From an uncultured Methanosarcinales archaeon (GTDB lineage: Archaea; Nanobdellota; Nanobdellia; Woesearchaeales; JAGVZT01): DNA of 64,000 nucleotides. Each line of letters opens with the position of its first letter. The stretch's first letter is position 1. Shown piece after piece: positions 1-9,237 of this stretch. A model generated the notes under the pieces. That model was not told where the DNA came from and did no database searches. It was given only the letters and a program-made list of their open reading frames with translations. Both the position numbers and the translations under genes were made by a program. The stretch lies in the NCBI GenBank assembly GCA_964354685.1, contig CAYHAM010000001.1:2284-66283 (forward strand), in the 5' to 3' direction.

Positions 1-1349
1 TTTAGCTCTGCTATTATTTGCAGTAGCTCTTTGTGTTCATCTTTTATCTTCTGTTGCTCAAGTGCTGTTAATCGTTGCAACCTCATATCCAAGATTGCCC
101 TTGCTTGGATCTCTGTTAGTTTATACCCTTTTACCAGCCCTTCTAAAGCAGCTTCAACAGATTCTGATTTTTTTATTAAGGTAATGACAGAATCAATTTT
201 TTGTAAAGCAACAAGCAATCCCTCTAATATATGTGCGCGATGCTCTGCTTTTTTTAGGTCGAACTCTGTTCTTTTTCTTACAATAATTCTTCTGTAATCA
301 ATGTAGTGTTGAATGAGTTGTTTCAGGTTTAGAACCTTGGGTTGGTTGTCAACAAGTGCCAAAATATTTATTCCGAATGTTGTTTGTATCTTTGTGTGCT
401 TATAGAGTTGGTTTAAAACAACTTCCTTGTTTGCATCGCTCTTTAATTCAATGACAATTCTCATTCCTTCTCTGTCTGATTCGTCTTTTATGTCAGAAAT
501 ACCTTTTACACGCTTTGTCCTAACGCAATCTGCAATTTGTTCTATTAGCTGTGATTTGTTCACTTGGTAAGGTATCTCTTTTACAATTACCACCTCTTTG
601 TTTTTCTTTTCTTCAAATTCTGTTTTAGCTCTCAGAACAATATGACCTTGTCCTGTCATGTAAGCCTGTTTTATTCCTACCTTACCAATAACCAAGGCCC
701 CTGTTGGAAAATCAGGGCCTTTTACAATTTTGAGTAATTCATTTAGTTCAAGATCTGGATTATTGATTTGAGCAACAATTGCATCAACAACCTCTATTAT
801 GTTGTGGGGCGGAATGTTGGTTGCCATGCCAACTGCAATGCCAGAAGTGCCGTTTACAAGCAGGTTTGGAAGCTTTGCAGGAAGCACTAAGGGCTCTTTG
901 AGTGAGTTGTCAAAGTTTGGAACAAACTCAACTGTTTCTTTTTCAAGGTCTTGGAGCATTTCTCCAGCAATTTTTGAAAGCCTTGCTTCTGTATATCTCA
1001 TGGCAGCAGCATTATCACCATCTACTGAGCCAAAGTTACCTTGGCCTTGGATCAAAGGGTATCTTAATGAGAAATCCTGGGCCATTCTGACCAAGGTGTC
1101 ATAAACAGCAGTATCACCGTGCGGATGGTATTTACCTAGAACCTCTCCAACAATTCTTGCTGATTTCTTAAATGGGTGGTTGTGGAACATGCCCATCTGG
1201 TGCATTGCATATAGAACTCGCCTATGAACTGGCTTTAGGCCATCTCTCACATCTGGCAGAGCCCTGCCAACAATAACGCTCATAGCATAGTCTAAATAGC
1301 TCTGCTGCATCTCTTTCTCAATCAATTTTTTGATTATTTTTTCTTCCAT
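1..1349 (-). CDS. gyrA: DNA gyrase subunit A, N-terminal part; the 3' end runs off the window start. Start codon ATG at 1349..1347.
   Basis: Minus-strand translation reads [49 protein letters not shown]...[16 protein letters not shown], the classic GyrA signature. It is absent from the ORF track because there is no in-window stop. Confidence 0.9.
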   Translation of the reverse strand, partial: MEEKIIKKLIEKEMQQSYLDYAMSVIVGRALPDVRDGLKPVHRRVLYAMHQMGMFHNHPFKKSARIVGEVLGKYHPHGDTAVYDTLVRMAQDFSLRYPLIQGQGNFGSVDGDNAAAMRYTEARLSKIAGEMLQDLEKETVEFVPNFDNSLKEPLVLPAKLPNLLVNGTSGIAVGMATNIPPHNIIEVVDAIVAQINNPDLELNELLKIVKGPDFPTGALVIGKVGIKQAYMTGQGHIVLRAKTEFEEKKNKEVVIVKEIPYQVNKSQLIEQIADCVRTKRVKGISDIKDESDREGMRIVIELKSDANKEVVLNQLYKHTKIQTTFGINILALVDNQPKVLNLKQLIQHYIDYRRIIVRKRTEFDLKKAEHRAHILEGLLVALQKIDSVITLIKKSESVEAALEGLVKGYKLTEIQARAILDMRLQRLTALEQQKIKDEHKELLQIIAEL

Positions 1350-1570
1350 TTTTTAGCCTAAAAAACACCTCAGAATTGGTATTTTTTATATATGATTTAT
1401 ATATGATGTTAGAATACTTCTTACTATATAAGTTTTTTGGTTGTAGAATGGCCTTAGAAGGGCTGTAGTGCTGGAATTTAAGGGTTTCATGGTTTTTATA
1501 TCAATAGTATAGTTGGTAAAGCATATAAAGATGTGCCTTAAACAGGATTTTATTAAATAGCTAGTGTGAT

Positions 1571-2962
1571 ATGGTCAGAATGAATAATGACAATGAGAAG
1601 ATTAAGAAGAGCCTGAAATACTCAATCTTAGATGGAGCCTTCTTTTCTGCAATGGTTGGGTTCGGAGAGTCTTTTTTCTCAGCTTTTGCAATTTTTCTCA
1701 AGGCTAATAATTTCCAGATAGGATTACTAGGTTCTCTGCCTCAGACCTTAGGTTCAGTATCACAACTTTTTTCAGATAGATTGATTAGACTAGTAAATTC
1801 TAGGAAAAAGCTGGTTTGTATCGGTGCTTTGCTTGAAGGATTAATGTATATCCCTATTGCACTGGTGTTCTTTTTTGGAACTCTAAGGGTGTTCCATTTG
1901 ATATTTTTTGTTTGCCTCTATTGGATTTTTGGAATGATCCTAAGCCCTGCATGGAACAGTTGGATGGGTGATTTGGTAGATGAGGAAAAGCGGGGTTCTT
2001 ATTTTGGACGAAGAAATAGGATAGCAGGGCTAACCTCTTTTGTTGCATTTATTATAGCAGGATATATCCTACAAAGATCCACAAATGGAGCTAGTAGTCA
2101 ATACCTCGGGTTTGTTATAATTTTTACTCTAGCATTGCTCTCAAGGATAGTTTCTTTGATTTATTTAACAAAAAAATATGAGCCAGAGTACAAATTTTTA
2201 CCAGAGGCTTATTTTAGTTTTATTGACTTTATTAAGCAAGCAAGGTTTAGAAATTACGGTTTGTTTGTTTTCTACCTTTGTTTTATGAATTTTTCTGTTT
2301 ATTTAGCAAGCCCTTTTTTTACTGCCTACATGCTGTATGATTTAAAATTAGATTATATAAGTTTCACAATAATCAATGCAGTTGCTATTCTTGTAAAGTA
2401 TTTAACAATGCCTGTTTGGGGTAAAGCTTCAGATAGGTTTGGCACAAGAAAGGTTTTGAGTTTGGCTGGTTTTTTAATGCCTGCTGTGCCTTTGTTGTGG
2501 CTTTTTTCTAAAGATATGTTGTATTTGATAATCATACAAGCTTATAGTGGTTTTGTGTGGGCTGGTTTTGAGATTGCATCATTCAACTTCATTTTTGACA
2601 CAACTAGTCCACAAAAGAGGGCAACATGCGTTGCCTATTACAATGTTTTGGATGGTGTTGCAATATTCTCAGGTGCTATGATAGGTAGTGTAATTATCAG
2701 ATACAACAACATTTTCTGGTCAAAATACCTGTTTGTATTTTTTGTAAGTTTTGTATTTAGATACTTGGCTTCCATTGTTTTTATTCCTAAATTAAGAGAG
2801 GTAAGAAGAGTAGAACAAGTGCCTTATCAAAAATTGTTTTTGAATATTATCACAACAATCCCAACACGAGGGATAGTTCATGATTTGATAACCTTTAGAA
2901 AGAGCGTAAAGACAGATAAAATAAAAGATCTCAGAAAGAAGGCTTTTAGGAAGAGGGATTGA
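1571..2962 (+). CDS. MFS-type membrane transporter
   Basis: 463-aa ORF with about 12 hydrophobic segments in a 6+6 arrangement typical of the major facilitator superfamily. Confidence 0.55.
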   Translation: MVRMNNDNEKIKKSLKYSILDGAFFSAMVGFGESFFSAFAIFLKANNFQIGLLGSLPQTLGSVSQLFSDRLIRLVNSRKKLVCIGALLEGLMYIPIALVFFFGTLRVFHLIFFVCLYWIFGMILSPAWNSWMGDLVDEEKRGSYFGRRNRIAGLTSFVAFIIAGYILQRSTNGASSQYLGFVIIFTLALLSRIVSLIYLTKKYEPEYKFLPEAYFSFIDFIKQARFRNYGLFVFYLCFMNFSVYLASPFFTAYMLYDLKLDYISFTIINAVAILVKYLTMPVWGKASDRFGTRKVLSLAGFLMPAVPLLWLFSKDMLYLIIIQAYSGFVWAGFEIASFNFIFDTTSPQKRATCVAYYNVLDGVAIFSGAMIGSVIIRYNNIFWSKYLFVFFVSFVFRYLASIVFIPKLREVRRVEQVPYQKLFLNIITTIPTRGIVHDLITFRKSVKTDKIKDLRKKAFRKRD

Positions 2963-3086
2963 GTAATAATATTTTGGATAAGGGATTTCTATAACTTTTC
3001 CACAATTTTGGGTTTGATACAAAATACTCTAAACTAAGGTAAGGGTTAGAAAAGTTTTTATACTGTATAGTAGTAACCTGTCAAAC

Positions 3087-4262
3087 ATGCTAACACAAGA
3101 ACTAATCAATCGTGGAGGAAGCAAACTAGAAGCAACAAGGCTTTTTCTTGAAAAAGGTTTAGAGATTCCTATTCCTAAGTCTCTATGGTTATATGCCGGA
3201 GAGTCTTTAGAGTCTGTTAAATCAGATTTTGAAGCGTTGAAGAAACCAGTTATTATTCGATCTTCTCACAGATATGATTGGCATGGGATGATTGGAGCGA
3301 TTCCAACCTTTAGGAATAAGCATATATTTAAAAATTTAGAGGACGCTATGAGTATAACTGAATCATTTATGAGAACACCTGAAATAAAACAATTCTCTGT
3401 GGATGATTGTGGTGAGTATACAGAGGAAGTTCATTTTTTAATACAAGAGCAAACTTCAAATATTGTTGGTAGCATGCTCAGGCATCCAAATGATCCAGAT
3501 ATGATACTCATAAATTATTTTAATATTTTTGAGCGTGAAAGAAGTAGAGCGTTGAGATCTATAGATGAATTCGTTTATATACCCAATATATCTCTTGCAC
3601 GATATTGGGAAGATACTGGACATTTATATCATGATTGTTGTTTACTCTCTGATAAAATTGAGGATAGAGAGATTTTGGAATTGATTGAGATGTACAAAAC
3701 TGTAGAGAATTCAGGGCTTTTAGAAGAGGGTTGGACTTATCAGATGGAGTTTGGGTTAGATCCGTTAATGTTTTTCCAAGTGAGACCATTTAAGCCAATT
3801 AAAATTGCTGATTTTAACTTTTATGAAATTGAAATTGATTGTCCATATTTAAGAATACATAACACTTTTGGAACTACACCAAAAGAAGGGGTGATTCTAC
3901 CATTTAAGGTAGTAGAAAGTGTGAGTTTTGAGATAAGTACTCAAGAGTGGCCTGTTTGTGACATTACAAAACCATATGGTTTAATTATAGATTGGGGGTT
4001 GAAAGAGAATATGCCAATAACCATCCCAATGGGAAGTATGAAAGCATTTTTCACTGGTCAAGATTTGGTAGTATTGTTACATGGAAGCTACAGATTTATG
4101 AAAAAGGCAGATGTCTCTGGATTTGGTTATTTTGGAGATAAATTAGGAGAAGGTATTGACCTCTGGAGTGGGCTCCCTTTTGTATTAAAAAATTTTAGAG
4201 GAAATGCGAAGTTAATCTCTGACGGAAAAATAGGGGCAATAATCTCTGAAGAATTTCTATAA
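3087..4262 (+). CDS. Hypothetical protein with a PPDK_N / PEP-utilising (ATP-grasp-like) N-terminal domain
   Basis: N-terminal GGSKLEA...GLEIPIPKSL...KPVIIRSS resembles the nucleotide-binding domain of pyruvate phosphate dikinase / PEP synthase. The rest is unrecognised. Confidence 0.35.
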   Translation: MLTQELINRGGSKLEATRLFLEKGLEIPIPKSLWLYAGESLESVKSDFEALKKPVIIRSSHRYDWHGMIGAIPTFRNKHIFKNLEDAMSITESFMRTPEIKQFSVDDCGEYTEEVHFLIQEQTSNIVGSMLRHPNDPDMILINYFNIFERERSRALRSIDEFVYIPNISLARYWEDTGHLYHDCCLLSDKIEDREILELIEMYKTVENSGLLEEGWTYQMEFGLDPLMFFQVRPFKPIKIADFNFYEIEIDCPYLRIHNTFGTTPKEGVILPFKVVESVSFEISTQEWPVCDITKPYGLIIDWGLKENMPITIPMGSMKAFFTGQDLVVLLHGSYRFMKKADVSGFGYFGDKLGEGIDLWSGLPFVLKNFRGNAKLISDGKIGAIISEEFL

Positions 4263-4397
4263 TTTTTTCACAATATTATCTCCCACTTTATAGCTCTTGC
4301 CACAATAAACGCATCTCTTTACCTTCTTTGTCAGAATTGTATCTTTTGATTGGTACTTCATTGTTTGCTTGCATTTTGGGCATCTTAGAAGCAGCAT
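4257..4397 (-). CDS. Small zinc-ribbon protein (46 aa), a candidate RNA polymerase subunit P (RpoP/Rpc10). It is not in the supplied ORF track.
   Basis: Manual translation gives MLLLRCPKCKQTMKYQSKDTILTKKVKRCVYCGKSYKVGDNIVKKL. It has CxxC...(19 aa)...CxxCG spacing like archaeal RpoP and sits 1 nt downstream of scpB on the same strand. Confidence 0.45.
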   Translation of the reverse strand: MLLLRCPKCKQTMKYQSKDTILTKKVKRCVYCGKSYKVGDNIVKKL

Positions 4398-4398
4398 T

Positions 4399-5325
4399 TT
4401 AATCTTTCACGTCTTTCATCTCTTCAGAAATTTCCTCACCAAGCTCTTCTACTTCTTCTAGCTTTTTCTCTGGTTGAGGTTCTTTTAACTCTTCAACTTC
4501 TTCAAAAGGCTTTTCCTTAGTATCCTCTTTTAATTCCTCCTCAGGCTCCTCAGGCTCCTCAGGTTCTTCTGGCTCCCTCTTAATCTCTTCTGGTTCAAAC
4601 TCATCAGAGGGTTCCTCATAAATTTCAACCCTTGGTTTTTTCTGCTTTTCTTTATAAACACTTATATGCGGTTTTGCTTCTGGCTCTTCAAACACATCTA
4701 GTTTACCTATTTTTTCTTCTTCACCTAGCTTTTCTTCTGGCTCATCAACAACCTCTAGCTTTCCAAGCCTTTCCTCACCATATGGCTCAATGCCCTTTTC
4801 CTCAATCTCTTGAAGAACAAGGTCAGTCTCTGACATATCCCTAAACTCCTTGAATTTCTCCTGCACGTCCTCTTTTCCTTTTAGATCAAAGTAATCATAG
4901 AACTTCTGTGCAAGTTTTATCATATAGCTCCTACTATGCTTTTGTTTTATTATAAAACCTGTATCAATCAGGTCTTTTATATGGTCATAGGCCTTGTTTG
5001 TTCTGATCTTGATGATGTCTGACTGCAAAACAGGTGCCTTCCAGGCAATAACCGCAAGGGTCTCCATTATTGTTTTGCTTAGCTCTGTGTGCGGTACAAT
5101 GTTCTGAATAATGGGCATGTATTCTTCTCTTACAGTGAGCTTCCATTTGTTGCCTTCATCAATTATCATAAATGGAGAATCAGCTTTTTTGTAATCTTGT
5201 TGAAGCTCTTGTAGTAGTTTCTTCACTTTTTCAACATCAAGTTTTGTTAGCTTTGATATCTCCTCTATCTCTATCTTGTCTCCTGTTGCAAACAGAACAG
5301 CCTCCACCTTTTTTTTGTCTTCCAT
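4399..5325 (-). CDS. scpB: Segregation and condensation protein B (ScpB) with a long acidic EPEEPEE-repeat C-terminal tail
   Basis: N-terminus VEAVLFATGDKIEIEEISKLT...IIQ...ETLAVIAWKAPVLQSDIIKIR matches the two winged-helix domains of ScpB. The C-terminus is low-complexity acidic sequence. Confidence 0.7.
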   Translation of the reverse strand: MEDKKKVEAVLFATGDKIEIEEISKLTKLDVEKVKKLLQELQQDYKKADSPFMIIDEGNKWKLTVREEYMPIIQNIVPHTELSKTIMETLAVIAWKAPVLQSDIIKIRTNKAYDHIKDLIDTGFIIKQKHSRSYMIKLAQKFYDYFDLKGKEDVQEKFKEFRDMSETDLVLQEIEEKGIEPYGEERLGKLEVVDEPEEKLGEEEKIGKLDVFEEPEAKPHISVYKEKQKKPRVEIYEEPSDEFEPEEIKREPEEPEEPEEPEEELKEDTKEKPFEEVEELKEPQPEKKLEEVEELGEEISEEMKDVKD

Positions 5326-5326
5326 T

Positions 5327-5908
5327 TTAATATAAACTATTAACTAGGGTATATTTATCCTTTGCTTTTTTTATTTTTTCTTTTTTGACATATTCATCAA
5401 TATAGGGTTGTAGCTTTTTTGGTTCAATTCCAACAGCCTTTGCTAGCTCTTCTATTGTTTTCGGGTTTTTTAAGGTATTCATAACAAGGTTTTTTAGCAG
5501 TGCTTCAGCGTTCTTTTTTAGTATTTGGTTCTCTGCGTTTGTGTTTGCGACATTCATGCTCATTGTATGCAATCTTGTGAGCAAATCATTCAACAACCCC
5601 GCAAGCTCATTTGATCTTAAGGCAAGCTCTTCTGGCTCAATTATCTCAATAGATGAAGGCATATAATCAAAGCAAAAGCTCGTAATTAGGTTAGGGTCTT
5701 CAAATTCTATAACAAGCTCTGCAAATGTGCTAAAAAAGTTATCAACTTTTTTTGTCTCAAATGTTTTCTCCTCTTTTACCTTTATCCTTTGCTCTTCCTT
5801 GATTTTTTTAATGACAAATGCAAGTGCTTTTTTCACATGCTCTTCTGGTTTTCCCACTACTTCTAGAACAACCCTTGTCATCACCCTTTTTACCTCTGCC
5901 ATGCTCAT
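5327..5908 (-). CDS. Hypothetical protein with an aEF-1beta-like (ferredoxin-like) N-terminal domain and a C-terminal winged-helix-like segment
   Basis: Residues 1-95 align loosely with archaeal EF-1beta (FFSTFAELVIEFED...SSIEIIEPEE). The C-terminus TIEELAKAVGIEPKKLQPYIDEYV looks wHTH-like. It occupies the position expected for ScpA but has no ScpA motifs. Confidence 0.3.
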   Translation of the reverse strand: MSMAEVKRVMTRVVLEVVGKPEEHVKKALAFVIKKIKEEQRIKVKEEKTFETKKVDNFFSTFAELVIEFEDPNLITSFCFDYMPSSIEIIEPEELALRSNELAGLLNDLLTRLHTMSMNVANTNAENQILKKNAEALLKNLVMNTLKNPKTIEELAKAVGIEPKKLQPYIDEYVKKEKIKKAKDKYTLVNSLY

Positions 5909-5978
5909 CTAGAATTGATAGCGGTTTAAAAAGTTTGCCATAGAAACCTATTTAAATGGTATCTTGTTCCCAAGCCCT

Positions 5979-6236
5979 ATGCAAGGAGTAATTGTCAACT
6001 ACAAGAGGAGCAAACATAAGCAAACAACCAACCAGATGATAGTTAAAGTTGAGGGTGTTGATAGTAAAGAAAAGGCTGCTAAGTTAGTTGGCAAAAGGGT
6101 TGTTTACACCAATGAGAAGGGTAAGAAAATTTCTGGCCAAGTTAGGGCAGCACATGGCAACAAGGGTGCCTTAAGAGTTTTGTTTGAAAAGGGCATGCCT
6201 GGGCAGGCTATTTCTAAGAAGGTTGTAATTGAATAG
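5979..6236 (+). CDS. rpl35ae: Ribosomal protein L35Ae
   Basis: MQGVIVNYKRSKHKQTTNQMIVKVEGV...LVGKRVVY...GKISGQVRAAHGNKGALRVLF matches the L35Ae family. The start was trimmed to the internal Met. Confidence 0.85.
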   Translation: MQGVIVNYKRSKHKQTTNQMIVKVEGVDSKEKAAKLVGKRVVYTNEKGKKISGQVRAAHGNKGALRVLFEKGMPGQAISKKVVIE

Positions 6237-6309
6237 ATTATGTAATATTGTTTTCAAAAGATTTAAAAACCCTTTAAACTAATTCTCTATAGGGGGAAGG
6301 TTAGTAAAA

Positions 6310-7119
6310 ATGCAGCCAAGTATAATATTTCTAGGAACAGGAAGCAAAAGTATTGTTTTGGGCAAGCAGCTAAGGGGTACTGGTGGGATTGTAATACGGG
6401 CTGATGAGCACCAATTCCATATTGATCCTGGGCCTGGTGCTTTGAATATGGCTAAAGAGCATTATGTTAATATGCGCGAAAACACTTGTGTTTTGGTTTC
6501 TCATCCCCATATTGGGCATTGCAATGATGTTAATGCTGTTATTGGGGCAATGACGCATTCTGGATTGGACAAGAAAGGGGTTTTGGTTAGCAACAGCCTT
6601 TTGATAAATGGTGACAATTTCATAAGACCTTATGTTACTGAGTTCCACAAGGGTTGCTTAGAGAAATATGTTGTTTTAAGTGCAGGTCAAAAGCTTGGCA
6701 TTGATGATATTGAGATAAAGGCCACAACAACAAAACACTCAATTGACAATATAGGTTTCAAGTTTTTCATGTCTCAGTTTACCTTGTCCTATTTATCTGA
6801 CACAGCTTATACTCCTGAACTAATTGATGAGCACAAAGATTCAGAGATTTTGATACTAAATGTTGTTAATCCTTTTGGGGAAAAAACAAAGTATAACCTA
6901 AATTCAGACAATGCTGTAAAGATAATTGAAAACCTCAAACCAAAGCTCGCTATTATAACCCATTTCTCAATAAAGATGTTAAAGGCTGATCCATTGATTG
7001 AGGCAAGGAAGATAAACCAAGAGACAAAAAAACAGGTTATTGCAGCAAAGGATGGAATGGTAATAAATCCTTTGTCTTATTCTGCAAAGCGCAAACAGCA
7101 GACTTTAAAATCATACTAA
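6310..7119 (+). CDS. Metallo-beta-lactamase-fold hydrolase
   Basis: IIFLGTGS...HIDPGPGA...VLVSHPHIGHCND is an MBL-fold His motif, here in atypical HxHxxH form. Confidence 0.55.
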   Translation: MQPSIIFLGTGSKSIVLGKQLRGTGGIVIRADEHQFHIDPGPGALNMAKEHYVNMRENTCVLVSHPHIGHCNDVNAVIGAMTHSGLDKKGVLVSNSLLINGDNFIRPYVTEFHKGCLEKYVVLSAGQKLGIDDIEIKATTTKHSIDNIGFKFFMSQFTLSYLSDTAYTPELIDEHKDSEILILNVVNPFGEKTKYNLNSDNAVKIIENLKPKLAIITHFSIKMLKADPLIEARKINQETKKQVIAAKDGMVINPLSYSAKRKQQTLKSY

Positions 7120-8034
7120 AAGCATTGCCAACAAAAAGCCAACAAAACAACCCAAGCTTAGAAAAGGCATTGCTGGATAAAACTTTCCCTTTTCTCCTTT
7201 TAACAATATAATAACCAAAGCGATTGTTGTTGTCAGAGTTATTATTAAGGGAGCAATGTAAGAACCTGTTGTTTTCATCACTGCTCCTGCAAAGATAATT
7301 GGAAATGCAACATCTCCTCCCCCAAGTATGGCTGTTTTAACATTTTTAGTGGTCTTGATCCTCTTATCCTTCTTTGTATTTGGAATCTTCATAGGAGCAT
7401 ATGGCACTGAAAGCCCTGCAAACACTTTGGAAACAGACTGGAACTCTGCCATTTTTATCATGTGCTTGCTCTTCCACACAGCATATGCATCATAGAGGGA
7501 TATTAAAACCAGTAATAGAACTGCAGAGAATATGTTAATAACAGGAACAAGCAGGGCTGCAATTCCTCCGTAAATGAAAATCTCTGTAAAGTTGTGTATA
7601 TATACATTTGGTTTGAAGACCTTTAATAAGCTTAGTATAATGGCCAAACCAAAGGTCACCAAATAAACATTCTGCAAATTGAATTGATTCAAAATCTTAA
7701 AAACAAAAGGGTTTAATGCAATAACCAGACTAAACAAAACTGCGAGAAAATACCAAAGCTGCCAGAGTACTTTTTTTCTGAATTTTATTATCAAAAGCAC
7801 AATGCCTGTGCCTATTAAAACTGCAATCAGGATAATAATAAATGTAAAAGACTCGTTTTCCACTTCAGGGGGTTCTACCCCTACGCGTTTATAAACCTCA
7901 ATATTCTTAACTGTTTTTCCTGTTTCATGTGTTTGTTTAATATCAATATACTCCCCCAATATGATAAGCCCAGCAAGCTGGGCTGTGAAAAACAGGAGTA
8001 TAAGCATGATTGTTGGAGTGATTGGATGTTTCAT
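7111..8034 (-). CDS. Presenilin / signal-peptide-peptidase-like intramembrane aspartyl protease (A22 family)
   Basis: Multi-TM protein with a YD motif (LISLYDAYAVW), a GxGD motif (AILGGGDVAFP) and a PAL-like motif (YPAMPF). The start could alternatively be at 8100. Confidence 0.6.
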   Translation of the reverse strand: MKHPITPTIMLILLFFTAQLAGLIILGEYIDIKQTHETGKTVKNIEVYKRVGVEPPEVENESFTFIIILIAVLIGTGIVLLIIKFRKKVLWQLWYFLAVLFSLVIALNPFVFKILNQFNLQNVYLVTFGLAIILSLLKVFKPNVYIHNFTEIFIYGGIAALLVPVINIFSAVLLLVLISLYDAYAVWKSKHMIKMAEFQSVSKVFAGLSVPYAPMKIPNTKKDKRIKTTKNVKTAILGGGDVAFPIIFAGAVMKTTGSYIAPLIITLTTTIALVIILLKGEKGKFYPAMPFLSLGCFVGFLLAMLLV

Positions 8035-8088
8035 TGAATTATAAAAAAAAGGGAGTTTATTTAAAGTTAATCTTTTTTGTTTGAAGGG

Positions 8089-8532
8089 ATGAAGATGCAC
8101 AATGTTGAGATAAGGGTGTTCAGCAAGCCTGAAGATAATCTGGAAAAGGTAAAGAATGGTTTGTTGAGTTTGATACCCTTTGATTTGAGCAAGGAAAAGA
8201 TAAGATTAAATCAAAAAAATGCCTTTGGATTTAATGAGAAGAAGATTGTGATTTTGAGTATTAAACTGGACAAGCAACGCCATGTGAACCAATTTCTAGA
8301 AAAGCTTTGTAAGGATTTGACCCAAGAACAAAAAGGGTTGATCAAAAGCCAAGCAGAGTCCAGGCTTGATAATGAGTTGTTCTCTTATCTAAGGTTTGAC
8401 AAAAATAAGCTCATTAATGAGGCAAGGCTTTGGCTAACTGACAAAGGGGATTGTTATCATATCAAGCTAAGCATTGCTTCTTTCCCCAGAACAAGGGAGA
8501 AGGCACTGGAATGTGTTAGAAGCATTTTCTAA
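8089..8532 (+). CDS. Predicted RNA-binding protein (COG1325/DUF54-like)
   Basis: VEIRVFSKPEDNLEKVKNGLLSLIP resembles the conserved N-terminus of this archaeal family. The call is weak. Confidence 0.3.
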   Translation: MKMHNVEIRVFSKPEDNLEKVKNGLLSLIPFDLSKEKIRLNQKNAFGFNEKKIVILSIKLDKQRHVNQFLEKLCKDLTQEQKGLIKSQAESRLDNELFSYLRFDKNKLINEARLWLTDKGDCYHIKLSIASFPRTREKALECVRSIF

Positions 8533-8595
8533 CTGTTTTCAAAAACCTTATAAACTTATCCAAGTTCCCAAGTTTTCTATATTAAAAATATATAG

Positions 8596-8877
8596 GTGAT
8601 ATATATGCCCGAGGGCTCAAAAAAATCAAGGACATTCAGAAGGGTAAAAATAAAAACCCCTGGCGGCAAGAGTGTGCTTAGATATAAGAAGAGAAAGCCA
8701 AGCAAAGCAAAATGCGCCAATTGTGGGGCTAAGCTGGCTGGTGTGCCTCGGGAGAGGGATTTTAAGATACAGAATATGGCCAAAACACAGAAAAGGCCAT
8801 CAAGGGCTTTTGGGGGTAATTTGTGCAGCAGATGCACAAGAGAGTACTTAAAGCAAAAGGCAAGGTTGTTAAAATGA
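8596..8877 (+). CDS. rpl34e: Ribosomal protein L34e
   Basis: MPEGSKKSRTFRRVKIKTPGGKSVLRYKKRKPSKAKCANCGAKLAGVP matches L34e. Confidence 0.85.
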   Translation: MIYMPEGSKKSRTFRRVKIKTPGGKSVLRYKKRKPSKAKCANCGAKLAGVPRERDFKIQNMAKTQKRPSRAFGGNLCSRCTREYLKQKARLLK

Positions 8878-9212
8878 TTGAGGTTGGCAGGGTTTGTTTA
8901 AAGATTGCAGGAAGGGATTCTAACCTAAAGTGTGCCATAATAGATGTTTTAGATGACAAGATAGTTATGATTGATGGCCAGACAAGGAGAAAGAAGTGTA
9001 ACATAAAACATTTAGAACCTTTAAACTCGGTTGTAAAAATAAAAAAAGGCGCAACCCATTCCGAGGTTGTCAAAGAGCTGGAAAAGATTGGAATAAAGGT
9101 TGTAGAAAAAGAAAAAAAGGCAAAGCCAAAAACACAAAAGCCTGTTAAGAAGAGAAAAATCAAGGACAAACCAATTGAAGTTGAAAAGCCTAAGAAAAAG
9201 ACAAAGAAATAA
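8874..9212 (+). CDS. rpl14e: Ribosomal protein L14e
   Basis: MIEVGRVCLKIAGRDSNLKCAIIDVLDDKIVMIDGQTRRKKCNIKHLEP matches L14e. It has an ATGA start/stop overlap with L34e and a lysine-rich tail. Confidence 0.85.
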   Translation: MIEVGRVCLKIAGRDSNLKCAIIDVLDDKIVMIDGQTRRKKCNIKHLEPLNSVVKIKKGATHSEVVKELEKIGIKVVEKEKKAKPKTQKPVKKRKIKDKPIEVEKPKKKTKK

Positions 9213-9237
9213 ATAAGTAAAGTTATTCTTTGAGATT

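Noticed and set aside
31-1104. Track ORFs 31..297, 799..1104 and 902..1090 on the plus strand
   Set aside because: They are antisense to the well-supported gyrA reading frame and are compositional artefacts. The same applies to most of the short antisense ORFs listed inside pheT, pheS, polD, mcm and the other large genes.
5327-5908. Calling this ORF scpA on positional grounds
   Set aside because: It has none of the N-terminal ScpA/kleisin motifs. Only a hypothetical call is supported.
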